From positions 1-55,239 of the forward strand of contig JAHBMJ010000152.1 in assembly GCA_018398765.1 (NCBI GenBank): a stretch of DNA of 55,239 bases, read 5' to 3'. The position numbers were made by a program, and so were the translations under genes. The stretch is from Chromera velia (taxonomy: Eukaryota). Below, one piece after another: positions 38,000-49,699 of the stretch (its first letter is position 1; every line of letters begins with the position of its first letter). The notes under the pieces were generated by a model that saw only the letters and a list, made by a program, of their open reading frames with translations, was not told the origin of the DNA and ran no database searches.

Positions 38000-40394
38000 T
38001 CATGTTTCCGCACATTATATCTGCGTAGGTCTGCGCCGCCAAATGTCTCAAAAGAAGAGAGGGTGGTATCGCAGAAAAGAGAGAAAACCCATGGTGTTTT
38101 TGGGGAAGAAAGCTTCGGAAAGCAGCGTCGTCGAAGGCGAGAAAGAGAAAGCCCGACGGATCCACAGAGACACACACGCAAATTGGGTGGCTGATCGATC
38201 GATCGATCGATTGAGCTATGAATTCCGAATTGACGGTAAGAAAATGAATGAAGAAAAAGGAGGGAGCTCAGGAAGGACGGGGGGGGGGACGATGCATGAA
38301 GGACAGGGGGGCTGGCAGACAAAATCCAAAAGAGAAGAAAGGAAGGGATAAAAAGTTTGAAAGAGAAACAGAAACGTTAGAGCACTCATGGAGGTGAAGT
38401 TCCACTGTGCGGCCCTGCATGATGCCTTCTCATCTCCTCTTTGTGTTTTTTGTCTTTTTTTTCTTTTTCTTCTTCTTCTTCTTCTTCTGCTTTTTTCTCC
38501 TCGCCTGTTCCGCTTCGATCTTTCTCCATTTCCCTGTTCTCTCCATCCCCTGTTCTTCCCGTCCGCTCTTTTTCCTTCCTCTTCTCTCTTCGTCTCCTGC
38601 TGTCCTGTCCCGTCTTTGTCGCTTGCTCCACGCCCCTCCTCCTCTTCTCTCCTCCTATCTTCTCTTCGCTCCTCATCTTCTCCCTTTTTTTCCGTTCTTC
38701 TCTTTTCCCCTTCTGCTGGAGGGAAAAATGTAATCACCATCCGGCCATACAAAGACAGACAGCTAGCGCATGTGCATGCATGTGAATACTACAACGTCAT
38801 GCATGCAGCGCGACTATGCAAGGGTCTCCTCAGTCAACACACGCTCCTCACGCACATGCAATTAACTTGCATTGATGCTTCTCTACTCACCGCAGACCAT
38901 CAACGCTATTCTCCTCCTGGGTCCCTGCTGGGACGGCACTTCTCTCTCCCCCCCTCTCTCTCCCTCCTTCCCCTCTTGTTTCTTTTCAAGAGGGACAAAC
39001 TCGATACTCTCGCACTGTGCCGTCTCGCCAATTCTCCTCTCGCTTCCGGTGCCGATGCGCTGAGCCTCCACGGCCGCACTCGACATCAAACAGCTCAGCG
39101 GCAGCGTGTTGAACATCTGACGGGCCCAGTGGTCAGGTTTCCCTCTCTGGCAGTTGTCGTGATAGACAGCGGCTTGGGTGACGTGATAGGGCACTCCGTC
39201 GTATAGATGGCACAGGTCCCGATTCCATCTGGGAGGGAGTTTGCCTACCAGGTTTGGGTGTCCTGGTATTTTGGCGAAAGAACTGAACACACGCTGATCG
39301 CCCCTACTCTCCAGCTGTACGCCTGTCTTTTCTGTCATCTCGTGGAGCGTCCACGCCATCAACCCCTCCCAATCCTTTGCACCCTCCCACAAGTCAGGCT
39401 CTACTAAGGCTAGATTTCTAATGCGCTCAAGATAAAGAAACATGGTGCAACTGCAGAGCGGGTCAAACATCATTCGAAGGAGTTCTTCCTCGGGCCCCTC
39501 CTCACAGAGGTCCCAGAGGTCTGCGGGGTCTTGGACGAACACGGCGTCGGTATCGATGTAGATGGCCTTCTCGACTCCGGGGAAAAGACGGGGAAGCATC
39601 AGCTTGGCCTTGCCGAACTCTAGATTGTGATTCTCGACCAATTCCCCGTAGCAATTCGCACTGTCCCTCCATAGAACAATCTGCTGCTTCGCGACTGTCC
39701 TGATATTCCATTTGACCGAGATGCGCGCATGGCGCATCTCAACAGTCTCTTTTAATTCGTTGAAGAACGACGCACTCTTCTCATCAGTGGCAATGTTCAG
39801 CTCCACAGGTCGAGACGAGAGCATGATGATGCTCTTCAAAAGGCCAAGAAATTCGTGTGCTAGGACGTTCTCGTCGCTCCCCTCGTTCCTTCCTGCGACT
39901 ATCGTGAACACCAGTGGCTTTGCAGAATGATTGTACTTTTCATTTCTGAATGCCTCACAGACTTCTCTGCTGTTCTGCAGGAAGAACTTCTCCCTCGCAC
40001 GCGCCTTTGTGTTCTGCATAATTTTGGCGATGCTTTCGGGGGTGAATGTGGGGGTTTCCTCCTGTCCCGCTGGCTTGTCCACTTCAAACTTTGTCTGCCA
40101 CGAGCACTCTGAAGGAACTTTTTCCGCTGCTCTCTGCAAGGCGGCAGTTTTCTTGTCGGTTGGGCTCTCAAAGTTTTCCAGGGCCATGAGAATCTCCTGC
40201 TTCAATTCGTCAACCCACGGGGGCCTCACATCCCCTCCTGGATCAAATCGAGTGATCGAGGGCTCTGGGTCTTGAAGTGAAGACCCTCGGACAGACTGTG
40301 TGTCGGACACACTCGCACGAAAGGACAGGAGCGTGACCGTCGACCACAGCACAAAGAGAATCATAATGCCGACACGCAGAAGAGAAACTGCCAT
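36440..40394 (-). CDS. type II membrane two-domain glycosyltransferase: GT8 (GXYLT/XXYLT/LARGE-like) plus a second putative GT domain, 3 exons
   Basis: Exon 1 (about 40394-38891) has an N-terminal [29 protein letters not shown] (DxD), [12 protein letters not shown] and YHDNC. It splices in phase (GTGAGT) to about 37741-37381 ([13 protein letters not shown]...[10 protein letters not shown]) and about 37124-36440 ([25 protein letters not shown]). Confidence 0.85.
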
Positions 40395-42108
40395 ACTGGT
40401 TTGATTTGACCGAGAAAGCAATGCTTGATTTATCGAAGGAACATGCAATCCAGTGTTGTCTGTACTTGTATACAAAGCTACACATACATATATATGTTAG
40501 TGTAGACGGTCAGTTTTGACGAAGTAAAAACTCGACTTCAATCAAGGAGTAATGCAGCTGGTCCGTCGACCGCACTTCGAATCCACTTCAATGTCAGTTT
40601 CCAGTGAACTTTCCACTTTTCCTGCAACAACAACGGGACAATTAACGGAACAACGCGCGCGCATGCACGTCAATCGATCGCGTGCATGCATGCCCGCGTG
40701 CATGCGTCAGACCGCGGCCGCGTGCGTCATGCAGAGGCCCCGGCCGCGGCCGCGACTGACTTGGTGCATGCATGCATCCGATTATTTTTTTAAAAGAATT
40801 GCGAAAAGTTATATATACGAGATACACCCAACTAGTTGGGAGAGTGCCTCGGGGGGCCCTTTAGGGGGTCCGCAAATTTGATTGATGCGCATGATGCGCA
40901 CCATCGGGGGCTTGGGCATGTCTTGTGCAGGTGCATGGGGCGGGGGCCCGGAGAGGTGATAAGAGTGCTGCATGGGGCGCGGGCCACGGCAACGCACACG
41001 AAGTATGTTTTTCGGGACCGCGCGAGCATGCACTTGCAGCATCGCCCCTGACATCGGTACGGAGAAGGGCACCGTGCGTATCCCTTCCTGGCCAACCCTC
41101 CACCACCACCGCCCCCCTATTTGAACGTGCGTTAGGGTAGTTGACCGACCCGCTGCCACCACCGCCACGTCAGGGGACCTTTTATGGCGCGGAGTTGATT
41201 TTCTCTAGTGGAAGATTTGTTGCATGCGTACATGTGACTGACCTTCATCACTGCATATACATATATAGACATACATCTTCAAGGTGTAGGGAAAACCAAC
41301 CTGGACAATTAAGCTCAACATCCAACCAAGCATCCACTCTGCTCCCGCTGTCGTTGTCTTCCGGCTTGCTTCGCCAGCACCTGTGCAGAGCGTTCATCCG
41401 TAGATCCCGACGCGTGGAAGTCGAGGGTCACCATACGAACCTTGAATTGACTCCATAGCAAACACGCTCGAATGCGCAATTTGAAACCAGCAAATAGAAA
41501 GAAAGGGGACGAGACAAAGGAAAGTTATGAGTAGTCACGAAGAGTTTTTGACAAACGGTGAGTACGTAGATCGGTCACTATCTTCTTTGATGCTTGTACA
41601 TGTTTGGGTCGTACATACATATTTCCGTAAATGGACCTTCTTCACCTCGTGCATGCAGCTTCAACTAAAATTCTAGACCGTGAAACTTCCCTCGTACTGA
41701 GAACCAAGAGTCTTTGGCCTCAGAGATGATCCCTACTTTGTGTTGTTCTCGACTATGCGTATGCATGGATCAAGAGGTAAGGCCGGAAGGACGCCGAGAG
41801 GGCCACATCCGCCTCCGTGTGCCTGCCCACCTCACTGTCTGTCAGTCGGTCAGTCCGCCTGTCTATGTGTCTGCTCTGCGTATGTATGTTTACTTATCTT
41901 TTTGTTTGCTTGCTGACTTGCTTGCTTACCTGCCTGCCTGCCACTCTCCCTTCCCCCTTTCCTCTTTTCCTCCCTTCCTCCCTTCCTCTGTACCTCCCTG
42001 CCTGCATTACTCCTAGCTGACTGCAATTGCTAGCAGCCATTGCTTGCATTACTCTTAGCAAATTGTGCAAGGACAAGAATGAACAGACCCAAAATAAATG
42101 GCCCAGTC

Positions 42109-42403
42109 TGTAAGCAGAATACGGGGCTAGAACTCTCAACGCTAATGATGTGCATTCAGAGTTCATAGACTATAAGAGTTTGACCTAGAGAGGTTTGTAC
42201 ATTGTTCCTTCGATCAAGCTAGTCCAACGATCATTAGCGATCGTTAGCTAATTTGAATGCATGCAGATCGATGTCACTTTATTCAGTCCTGCGCTAAGCC
42301 ACACTTATTGAAGTCCGTGCGCGCATCGCCGCGGCGCCGCCGGCCTCGCGGCTCCGCCACTCTGCGGGTCCGTCGCGTACTCACCGCTCGTAGCCTGCCT
42401 ACA
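42109..42403 (-). repeat. 3' LTR (295 bp)
   Basis: Direct repeat of 48020-48322, about 92% identical by hand alignment. Confidence 0.95.
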
Positions 42404-42623
42404 CCTGCCTGCTGCTTCGAAACCGACGTCCACGCTCGGTTCCAGTGCCTGCACACATCCATAACTAATCGACCTCGTGGCATTGATTAATAACATGCAC
42501 CTGCACACTTCATCGAGCCATAAATGAACGAAGCAAGTCGGAATGCAGAGTTCGACACCTATACTGCCACCTTGCATCTATGCATGACGCAGGATAGATT
42601 TGTTTTCTGCCTCAAATCACTTA

Positions 42624-45600
42624 CTAGGGAATTTCATCTTCCCAAAACTCATACACACGCATTCCACTCCACAAACCTCTTAGTTCTGCCCATACTGATT
42701 TCACTTTTCTACTTCTTAATTGCCACCTACACCTGCTCGTTGCTTGCTTCTCTTTCTCCTGCTGTCTCTTCTTTTCTTTGAAGGCATGCAATGCCTCCTT
42801 TGCATATGTCAGGTTAACAGCAGGCTCCCATGATGCATTCTCTTTACTTTCTCCTTCCCACCACACCAGGTAGTACGCCTGTTTATCTATCTTTCTGTGG
42901 TCGAGAATCTCTTTTACTTCATACTCAATCTCTTCTGATGTAGGCAACCGAACAGCAGGCAGAGGATCATCCTTCCTTCTCTCATACTTCTTCAGGTATG
43001 ATACACTTACTCTAATCACATTATGACCGTTCATTCCTGCAGAGAATATGAGCTCATACGCGTTGCTCTCCATCTTTTTCTCTACCTCGAATGGTCCATA
43101 AAATACAGGCTCAAGCTTCCCGCTTAGCTTTCTGCTTCCCTTAAAATATGCATTGTGTACAAGCAAAAAATCCCCTAGAGCAAATAAAACCTCTTGTCTG
43201 TGTGGATCAGACTACTTGTTGAGCTGCTCGTTCTCTTGTTTGCTTAAGTCTCTCCTTTGCTCTCATGATTTCTGCCTCTCTGCGATCTGCAAAGTCTGCT
43301 GCTGGCGAACAGAATGATTTAGAACGCACAGAGACAGAAGGCAGGCGAACCGGGTCACGTCCGTACAGAAAGCGAAAAGGAGACATGCCTGTGGCTGGAT
43401 GTACTGAATCACGATACGCAAACTGACAAGAACACAACCACTTCGGCCAGTCCATTTGATGCTCGTTCACGAAACAACACAACATCTGTTCGATGGTCTG
43501 GTTGTCTCTCTCTGTCTGTCCATCTGACTGTGGGTGTCCTCTTGTGCTCATATTCAATTTTGTGCCCCATAGCCGAGCGAGTTCCTTCCAAAATGCAGAG
43601 AGAAAACGAGGATCACGGTCACTGACCACTGATTGGAGCATCCCATGCTCGTAGACAATCCTCTCAAAGACCACCTCGGCTGTCCCTTCTGCTGTAATCT
43701 CTTGTGAAACTGCAGCAAAGAAAGGAGTTTTGGAGAGACGATCAACCACAGAGAGGATTCCATCTACCTCTTCTCCTTTAAACACCACCCTCGGGAGTCC
43801 AAATACAAAATCAAGAGAAATAGACTGAAAAGAAAATTCAGGAATAGACAGAGGTTGGAGCAATCCATACTGCTTCTCAGTCAGCCTCTTTACTCTTTGA
43901 CAGGCATCACACTTTCTGACGTACTGAACAACCGATGCATACATATGTGGCCAATAGAAACTCCCTGCCAGTTTTAAATATGTTTTCTCTGCCCCCAAAT
44001 GCCCCCCTGCGGCCATATCATGATGTTCATAGATGAGGTTTCTTTGTAGTCTCTCTGTCGGGATGGCCAGTCTGTCATTGAAATAGAGCAGTCCGTCTTC
44101 TATCTGAAACTTCGGAAGAATCAGCCGCAAGTGTCGAGGACCAGGCACCTCTTTCTCAGGGTCTTTGTCAGGGTCTTCAATTTGGAGCCTTGCTTCAAGC
44201 ACTTCCTTCACCTCCGTCCAGAATTTCTCTTCTTCATATCCTTTCTTTATCCTTTCCAGTAATTCCTCATCCGGCTGCACTCTTGATTCCATTTGTAACA
44301 ATTGATACACTTCTTTTCTTTCTTTATCTTTTTTTTCTTTCTGAGCGTTCACCCCAGGGCACCTGCTCAGCGCATCTGCCATGCGATTTCGAGCACCGGG
44401 CACGTACCTTGGAGTGATGCCGATCTCGTCGAACATGCTGACAAATCTGCGCATACATGGAGACATTAAGGTGCGGTCAGCGGACACATTCACATATTTA
44501 AGAGACTCATGATCTGACCACACCTTGGTTGTATGACTAACGTATGGCCTCCACGATTTGACCGCAAACACGCAGGAAAGAAATTCTTTATCTCTGATCA
44601 GATATTTGAGCTTTGCCTGTGTCATTCTACATGATGCGAATGCATACGGATGGAGCCAGCCGATCTCAAGATCTTCCTGCATGAGCGCGGCAGCGAGTGT
44701 TTCTGTCGATTCGCATGCATCCACAAAAATTTCGAAGGGACGCGCAGGGTTAGGAATGTAGAGTTCGACAGTATTCTTCACTGCTCGCTTTACTGCTTCA
44801 AAGCTTTCTTCCTCTTTCTTCCCCCACTCAAACGATTTATTTCCCTTCAGCAATGCATACAAAGGGCCTGCTTTCTCACTGAAGCGAGAAACAAACCGTC
44901 TCACCTAATTTACAAACCTCAAAAACGAAAGCACTTCATTTCTGTTCTTAGGAGTAGGCCACTTACTGACTTGGTCTGTCTTGCTCTGCTCGGGCCGCAC
45001 TCTGGTCCTGGAGATCTTCAGCCCGAAAAATGTTACCTCAGTCTGCATGAAATGGCATTTCGACAATTTTGCATACAATTTATTTTCACTCAACAAACAC
45101 AAAACAATTCTGATGTGTCTCTTGTGCTCTTCTCTTGTACGTGAATAAATCAAAATGTCATCCAGAAAAACTGAAACAAAACGGTCAACACAAGAGCGAA
45201 GAGCAAATTGAATCAACCTCATCGCTGCAGGAGGCGCGTTTGTCAACCCAAAAGAAACAACCAGCCACTCAAAAGAACCATAGCGTGTAGTGAAAGCTGT
45301 TTTTGGGATGTCTTCTTCTCTGACCCTCATTTGATGATAATACTGTCTAAGGTCCAGTGTCGTGAAGAACCGGGCCCCATGCAATCGATCAATCAACTCT
45401 TGCGGGTGAGGGAGGGAATGTTTGTCTTTGATAGTAATGCGATTCAAGCCAGTGTAGTCACAACACATTCTCATCGAGCCATCTTTCTTTTGTACAAAAA
45501 GAACAGGCGCAGCATAAGGAGAAGCAGACGGTCGGATGAATCCTTGTTCAAGGTATGTATCTATCTGTCTCCTCAGCTCATCTGTCTCTCCCACTGACAG

Positions 45601-47946
45601 CCGATAAGGCGAACGGGCAGGAGGTGAATGACTGGGCTCAAGTTCAATTTTGAAATCCAAATGAGGTCCTCTTGACGGTGGCAGATGAGAGAGACGATCG
45701 GGAAAAAGAGACGCATGATCTGCCACAATTCTTTTCACATCCTGAGGAACATCCGCATCTGGTCGAGAGAGAAAAGCACGCATGTTCGACAAATCAGGGG
45801 CCGACCGAGCAGGATGATCAGAAGGAAGAGAAGAGAAAAAGTCAGAAGAGAGAAAATCAGAACCCACGTTCCCTCCATCATTCATTCTCCCCTTTCCTTT
45901 TCCCTCACTCACTTCAGTTGCATACACGAAGCACTCCTGTTCCCCTTCTCCTGCAGGCCAGTGTGCCGTCTCCATTCTCACGATATGGCAGACACCACCT
46001 TTTCGAATTGCTCGTTTGGCCTGCGCAGAAGAAAGGACAGGAGGGCAAGGTCGATTCTCTTCACATGCACCCCCCCGAATAATGACTTCCTGGCCGTTAA
46101 AGAAGAAACGAAGAGAACGAGACCAATGACCAAGTTCTGGTTGGTGGACGTCACTCCATTTTCTTCCCAAGATGACATCATAGTCGTCCAGGTCAGCCAG
46201 CAATGCACCGACTGTCTCTCGATACCCCTGAATACGAAGGGGAACAGAAAGTGCATACTCACTGACCTCTCGTCCTCTGGGCTTCTTCACGGCCACCCTA
46301 CATCTCATCGGGGTCCCAAACCTGCGAATATGCAACTGACGCAGGTGTGCAAACTTGCTATCAATGAAAATATCATCAGCTCCAATGTCATACAAAACTC
46401 TGACTGGAGCACCCGCGACAGTACCGTGATAAACAAAACCAGTCTCAAACAAATCATCCTCACCATCCTCTTCCTCACTCAATTCTTCATCTGTTCTCTG
46501 CCTTTTATCTTCCTCAACTTCATAACGTACCTAGTAACGTACCGTCAGGTCGGGTTCGACCACGGTCTCGTCATTCTCGTCTCGGCCTCTGATCGTCCTC
46601 ACCCCAGCTACCCGTCTCGATCCAGCCTTGCACGCTGGTTGATGTCCACTCGGCTGAGGTTGAGGCGATCCGCCGAAAGAGGGAGACCATGCACGTCTTC
46701 TGTCACCGAAGCCAAAGCCTCTTTCAGGTGACATGGGTGAACTTGGACTGTCACCTCTCTGTCCAGACCTCCCTCTCCCCCCTGTAGGTTGAGTGACTTG
46801 ATTAATGGGATACGAGAAGGGAAGGGATGGGTAAGGAGGAGGTGGCCAGGGATACCCAGGCGTCGCCCCAAAACCCGGGACGAAAGGGGCAAATCCTGGA
46901 GATGCCCTGGGCGGCCACGGAGATCTGGATTGAGACGTCGTTTGAATGGTCCGCATGTGTGGAGGAAGTTGAGGTCCATTCCTACACGCGGCCATCATGT
47001 GGGTGTTCTCTCCACATAGAAGACACCGATTCAGTCTCCCCCTGCTCTCCCACACCGTCTGTGGAATCAATGGGTGTCGGGGTGGAAGTCTTCTCGAAGG
47101 TCGCACCCCAACGCCACACAATTCTATGGGAGCCGGTCCTGTGGGATCAATCACCGGCCTCGGATCAGACGGGGGCCCTCGCGACCAACGGCTTCGAGAG
47201 CGCGAACTGGCCTGCTTGAGCCAGATTTCGCTGTCCAACGCCTTCTCCATTGCTTCGTCCAATGTTGCCGGCTCCATCCTGTCAGTCTCATACATAATCC
47301 CGGGCGGCAAACCCTCAATATAGTCCTCTACGAGATCCTCCTCACTCGCATTTGTGATCTTCAACGCGAGAAGGGAGAATTCTTTGTTGTAGTTGTCGAC
47401 CGTCCCTGTGCACCTGAGGGACAACACCTGCTTTCTCGCCTTCCTCCTCTCATGTTTCTCCTTATACCTGCGTCGCAGCACCTCACGCAACGTAGGCTAG
47501 TCTGCAAACCCCATGCCTCTCTTCACACGTAAGTCGAACTAGTCCCTCAGCTCCTTGCACAGGAAGGACTTCGCGAGGCCAAGCTGACGATGAGGAGCAA
47601 CATTCGCATTGGTAAAGTAGTCGTTGGTATCCGTAATAAACCTCTCCACTGTGTCACGGCGTCCAGTGAACTCGTCCGGCTGCTTCAGTGCAATCCGAGG
47701 AAGCTGCTCTCGTAGATCAGGGCCCTGAGAGGGCACGACAAGCTGCTGTGTACCCTCCTCACTCATTGGCAGCACCTGAGGAGGCAACTGTGGAGGTGGA
47801 GCTGCAACCATCGCCACCAGCCCCTCTATGGTCTGCCGCATCATCTCTTGGGTCTGCTGCAGGCTGGTGACGGACTGTTCAAGGTTGTACAGTACCGTTC
47901 CCACCTGCTTGTTCGTCAAAGGAGCCAAGACTGGAGGTAGTTCTAT
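42624..47946 (-). pseudogene. disrupted gag-pol polyprotein
   Basis: Gag CCHC CLLCGENTHMMAAC; protease LYDIGA; RT FGLTNAP and VFLDDILIYS; RNase H; integrase HHCC plus SLDFV/SDRD/GQTER; chromodomain YEVKEILDHR...YLVWWEG...SWEP. One frame is broken by four TAG stops (about 47539, 47497, 46531, 44905) and a frameshift near 43210. Confidence 0.93.
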
Positions 47947-47992
47947 GATGATAACAGAATTCAGACTGAATGCAAACAAATCAAAAAGCCTG

Positions 47993-48016
47993 TTCGAAAC
48001 CTGGCTCTGGTAACCA
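47993..48016 (-). promoter_or_regulatory. primer-binding site complementary to initiator tRNA-Met
   Basis: TGGTTACCAGAGCCAGGTTTCGAA begins 3 nt inside the 5' LTR boundary. The canonical iMet PBS is TGGTATCAGAGC. Confidence 0.8.
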
Positions 48017-48019
48017 GAT

Positions 48020-48322
48020 TGTAAGCAGAATACGGGGCTAGAACTCTCAACGCTAACGATGTGCACTCAGAGTTCATAGACTCATAGACTATAAGAGTTT
48101 GACCTAGAGAGGTTCGTACATTGTTCCTTCGATCAAACCAGTCCAACGATCGTTAACGATCGTTAGCTAATTCGAATGCATGCAGATCGATGTCACTTTA
48201 TTCAGTCCTGTGCCAAGCCACACTTATTGAGGTCCGCGCGTATATCGCCGCGGCGCCGCCGGTCTCGCGGCTCCGCCACTCCGCAGGCCCGTCGCGTACT
48301 CGCCACTCATAGCCGGCCTACA
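48020..48322 (-). repeat. 5' LTR (303 bp)
   Basis: Direct repeat of 42109-42403 with an extra 8-bp internal duplication, adjacent to the PBS. Confidence 0.95.
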
Positions 48323-48914
48323 TCTACCATTTTATACTTATTACTGTGTTTTAACCGTTTTGTTTAAGGTTTTATTAATTATGATGATGTGTAATTTTAA
48401 GAACCCTCGTGTACACTTTGTATTAAGTAATATTTAAAAAGATTTCCCTAGAGATTTCCCATTTCCAGGGCCCCCCTTTTAGTAAATTTTACATAATAAC
48501 TTGTTATAATTATTTCAAAGCTACTCCCTGGATGACTAACAATTACTAGCTGGATAATTAAATAATTTGAAACATGGGGTGAAACCGCGTGAAACAGTTA
48601 TTGAGAAAGTCACATAACACAATTAATATATAGGACGCAGCATGCATAACAAAACCCTCGATCACATATAAGACTATTATAAGTAAATCGTTCAGCATCA
48701 GCAATGAATTTGAGATAGGTGAGTATGTCTGAAGAATTAAATCAAAAGTGGTAGCAGCCCCCAGGTAGCTTGGCACGCTAAGACACATACAGATGAAGAC
48801 GGCGTGCGCAGCTCAAAGCTTTGAGAAACTCTTTATTCCAGAAGAACAGTCGCCCACTGGAAAAACGCCACTTGCTCTTTTCACGTTCTGTCTACATGAG
48901 CTGATTTACGTTGC

Positions 48915-49415
48915 GGTCAGAATCCGATCGCACGTCATGCCGTGATTCATTGACGAGGAAGAAAATGAAAGGGCAGAAAGATACACAGGTAGATGCAGAC
49001 ACAGAGAGGGAAACATGTACACACAAACAATACACACACACACACATACACACACACAGAGGGAGAGTGAGGGGGGGGGGGGACAGAGAGAGAGAAATGC
49101 TCTGGGAGCAAGACAGACGGAGCAAAGAACGAGTTGCAATGCAATTGTCATCCACAGACACGAGTGGAGCAGAGAGGAGACGGGCGGGCATTCAGTGAGT
49201 CAACGCATGGTCCAATCAGTCAGCAGAAAAGGCGGGAACAAGAATTCAGAGATTGAGGCACTCACCCACTCATGGTCCCGAACGACCTGTCACTTGTCTG
49301 GTGGAATACCCGCGAGGGTCTTCTCACACGGACTCAAGCAAATGCAGTGGGTGGACCCTCGCCTTTGTCTCATCTTCTCTTTTTCTCCCTCTCGCTGACA
49401 CACGTAGTCACACTC
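48915..49415. repeat. non-coding duplicated unit, copy 1
   Basis: Aligns to about 49700-50175. The core 49301-49393 is identical to 50058-50150. Confidence 0.9.
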
Positions 49416-49699
49416 ATACGCCAATCACGAGTTGTCCAGCCAGCCCCCTGATGTGAGTGAATGTCTCAGCATCATCAATGACTCTGCCTGGTGAGTCCGA
49501 CTTCAGTCAATGTGTAGTTGAAGCATGAAGCCAACGGTGGCGCCTAAAGATACAGGTGCACTCACAAATGCAAAAGATGCCCTTCCACTGTCCCCAAGTT
49601 CGCCCGCACGAGTAGAACCCTTGAGACACGCAACAACAATCACCCAGTGTCGGAAGCAACTGCTCTCTTCACCTGCTTTCTGCCTGAACTGGTTCAGTC

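Larger units (their letters stand above)
42109..48322 (-). mobile_element. Ty3/Gypsy LTR retrotransposon with chromodomain (chromovirus-like), decayed, about 6.2 kb
   Basis: Two TG...CA LTRs, a PBS, and the domain order gag-PR-RT-RH-IN-chromo. No matching TSD (CAGTC versus TCTAC). Confidence 0.97.

Noticed and set aside
330..38785. Many ORFs made of THTH, ERER, VCVC, SLSL or FLPS runs
   Set aside because: They are translations of intronic microsatellites that lack stop codons and show no domain signal.
41527..42108. Short plus-strand exon-like pieces (ATG...GTGAGT at 41527-41563) next to the LTR
   Set aside because: Splicing them gives an early stop and no recognisable product.
45685..46731. 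348-aa plus-strand ORF inside the retrotransposon
   Set aside because: It is an antisense shadow of pol with no recognisable motifs.
44905..47541. Four in-frame TAG codons suggesting stop-codon reassignment
   Set aside because: The ISP-like gene model ends in TAG, host exons have no in-frame TAGs, and the element also has a frameshift. Mutational decay is the simpler explanation.
49270..49365. TPP riboswitch-like GGGTC...TGAGAA-GACCC on the minus strand
   Set aside because: The downstream CCTGA and TAAT...GCG.AGG half is absent and is not conserved between the two copies.
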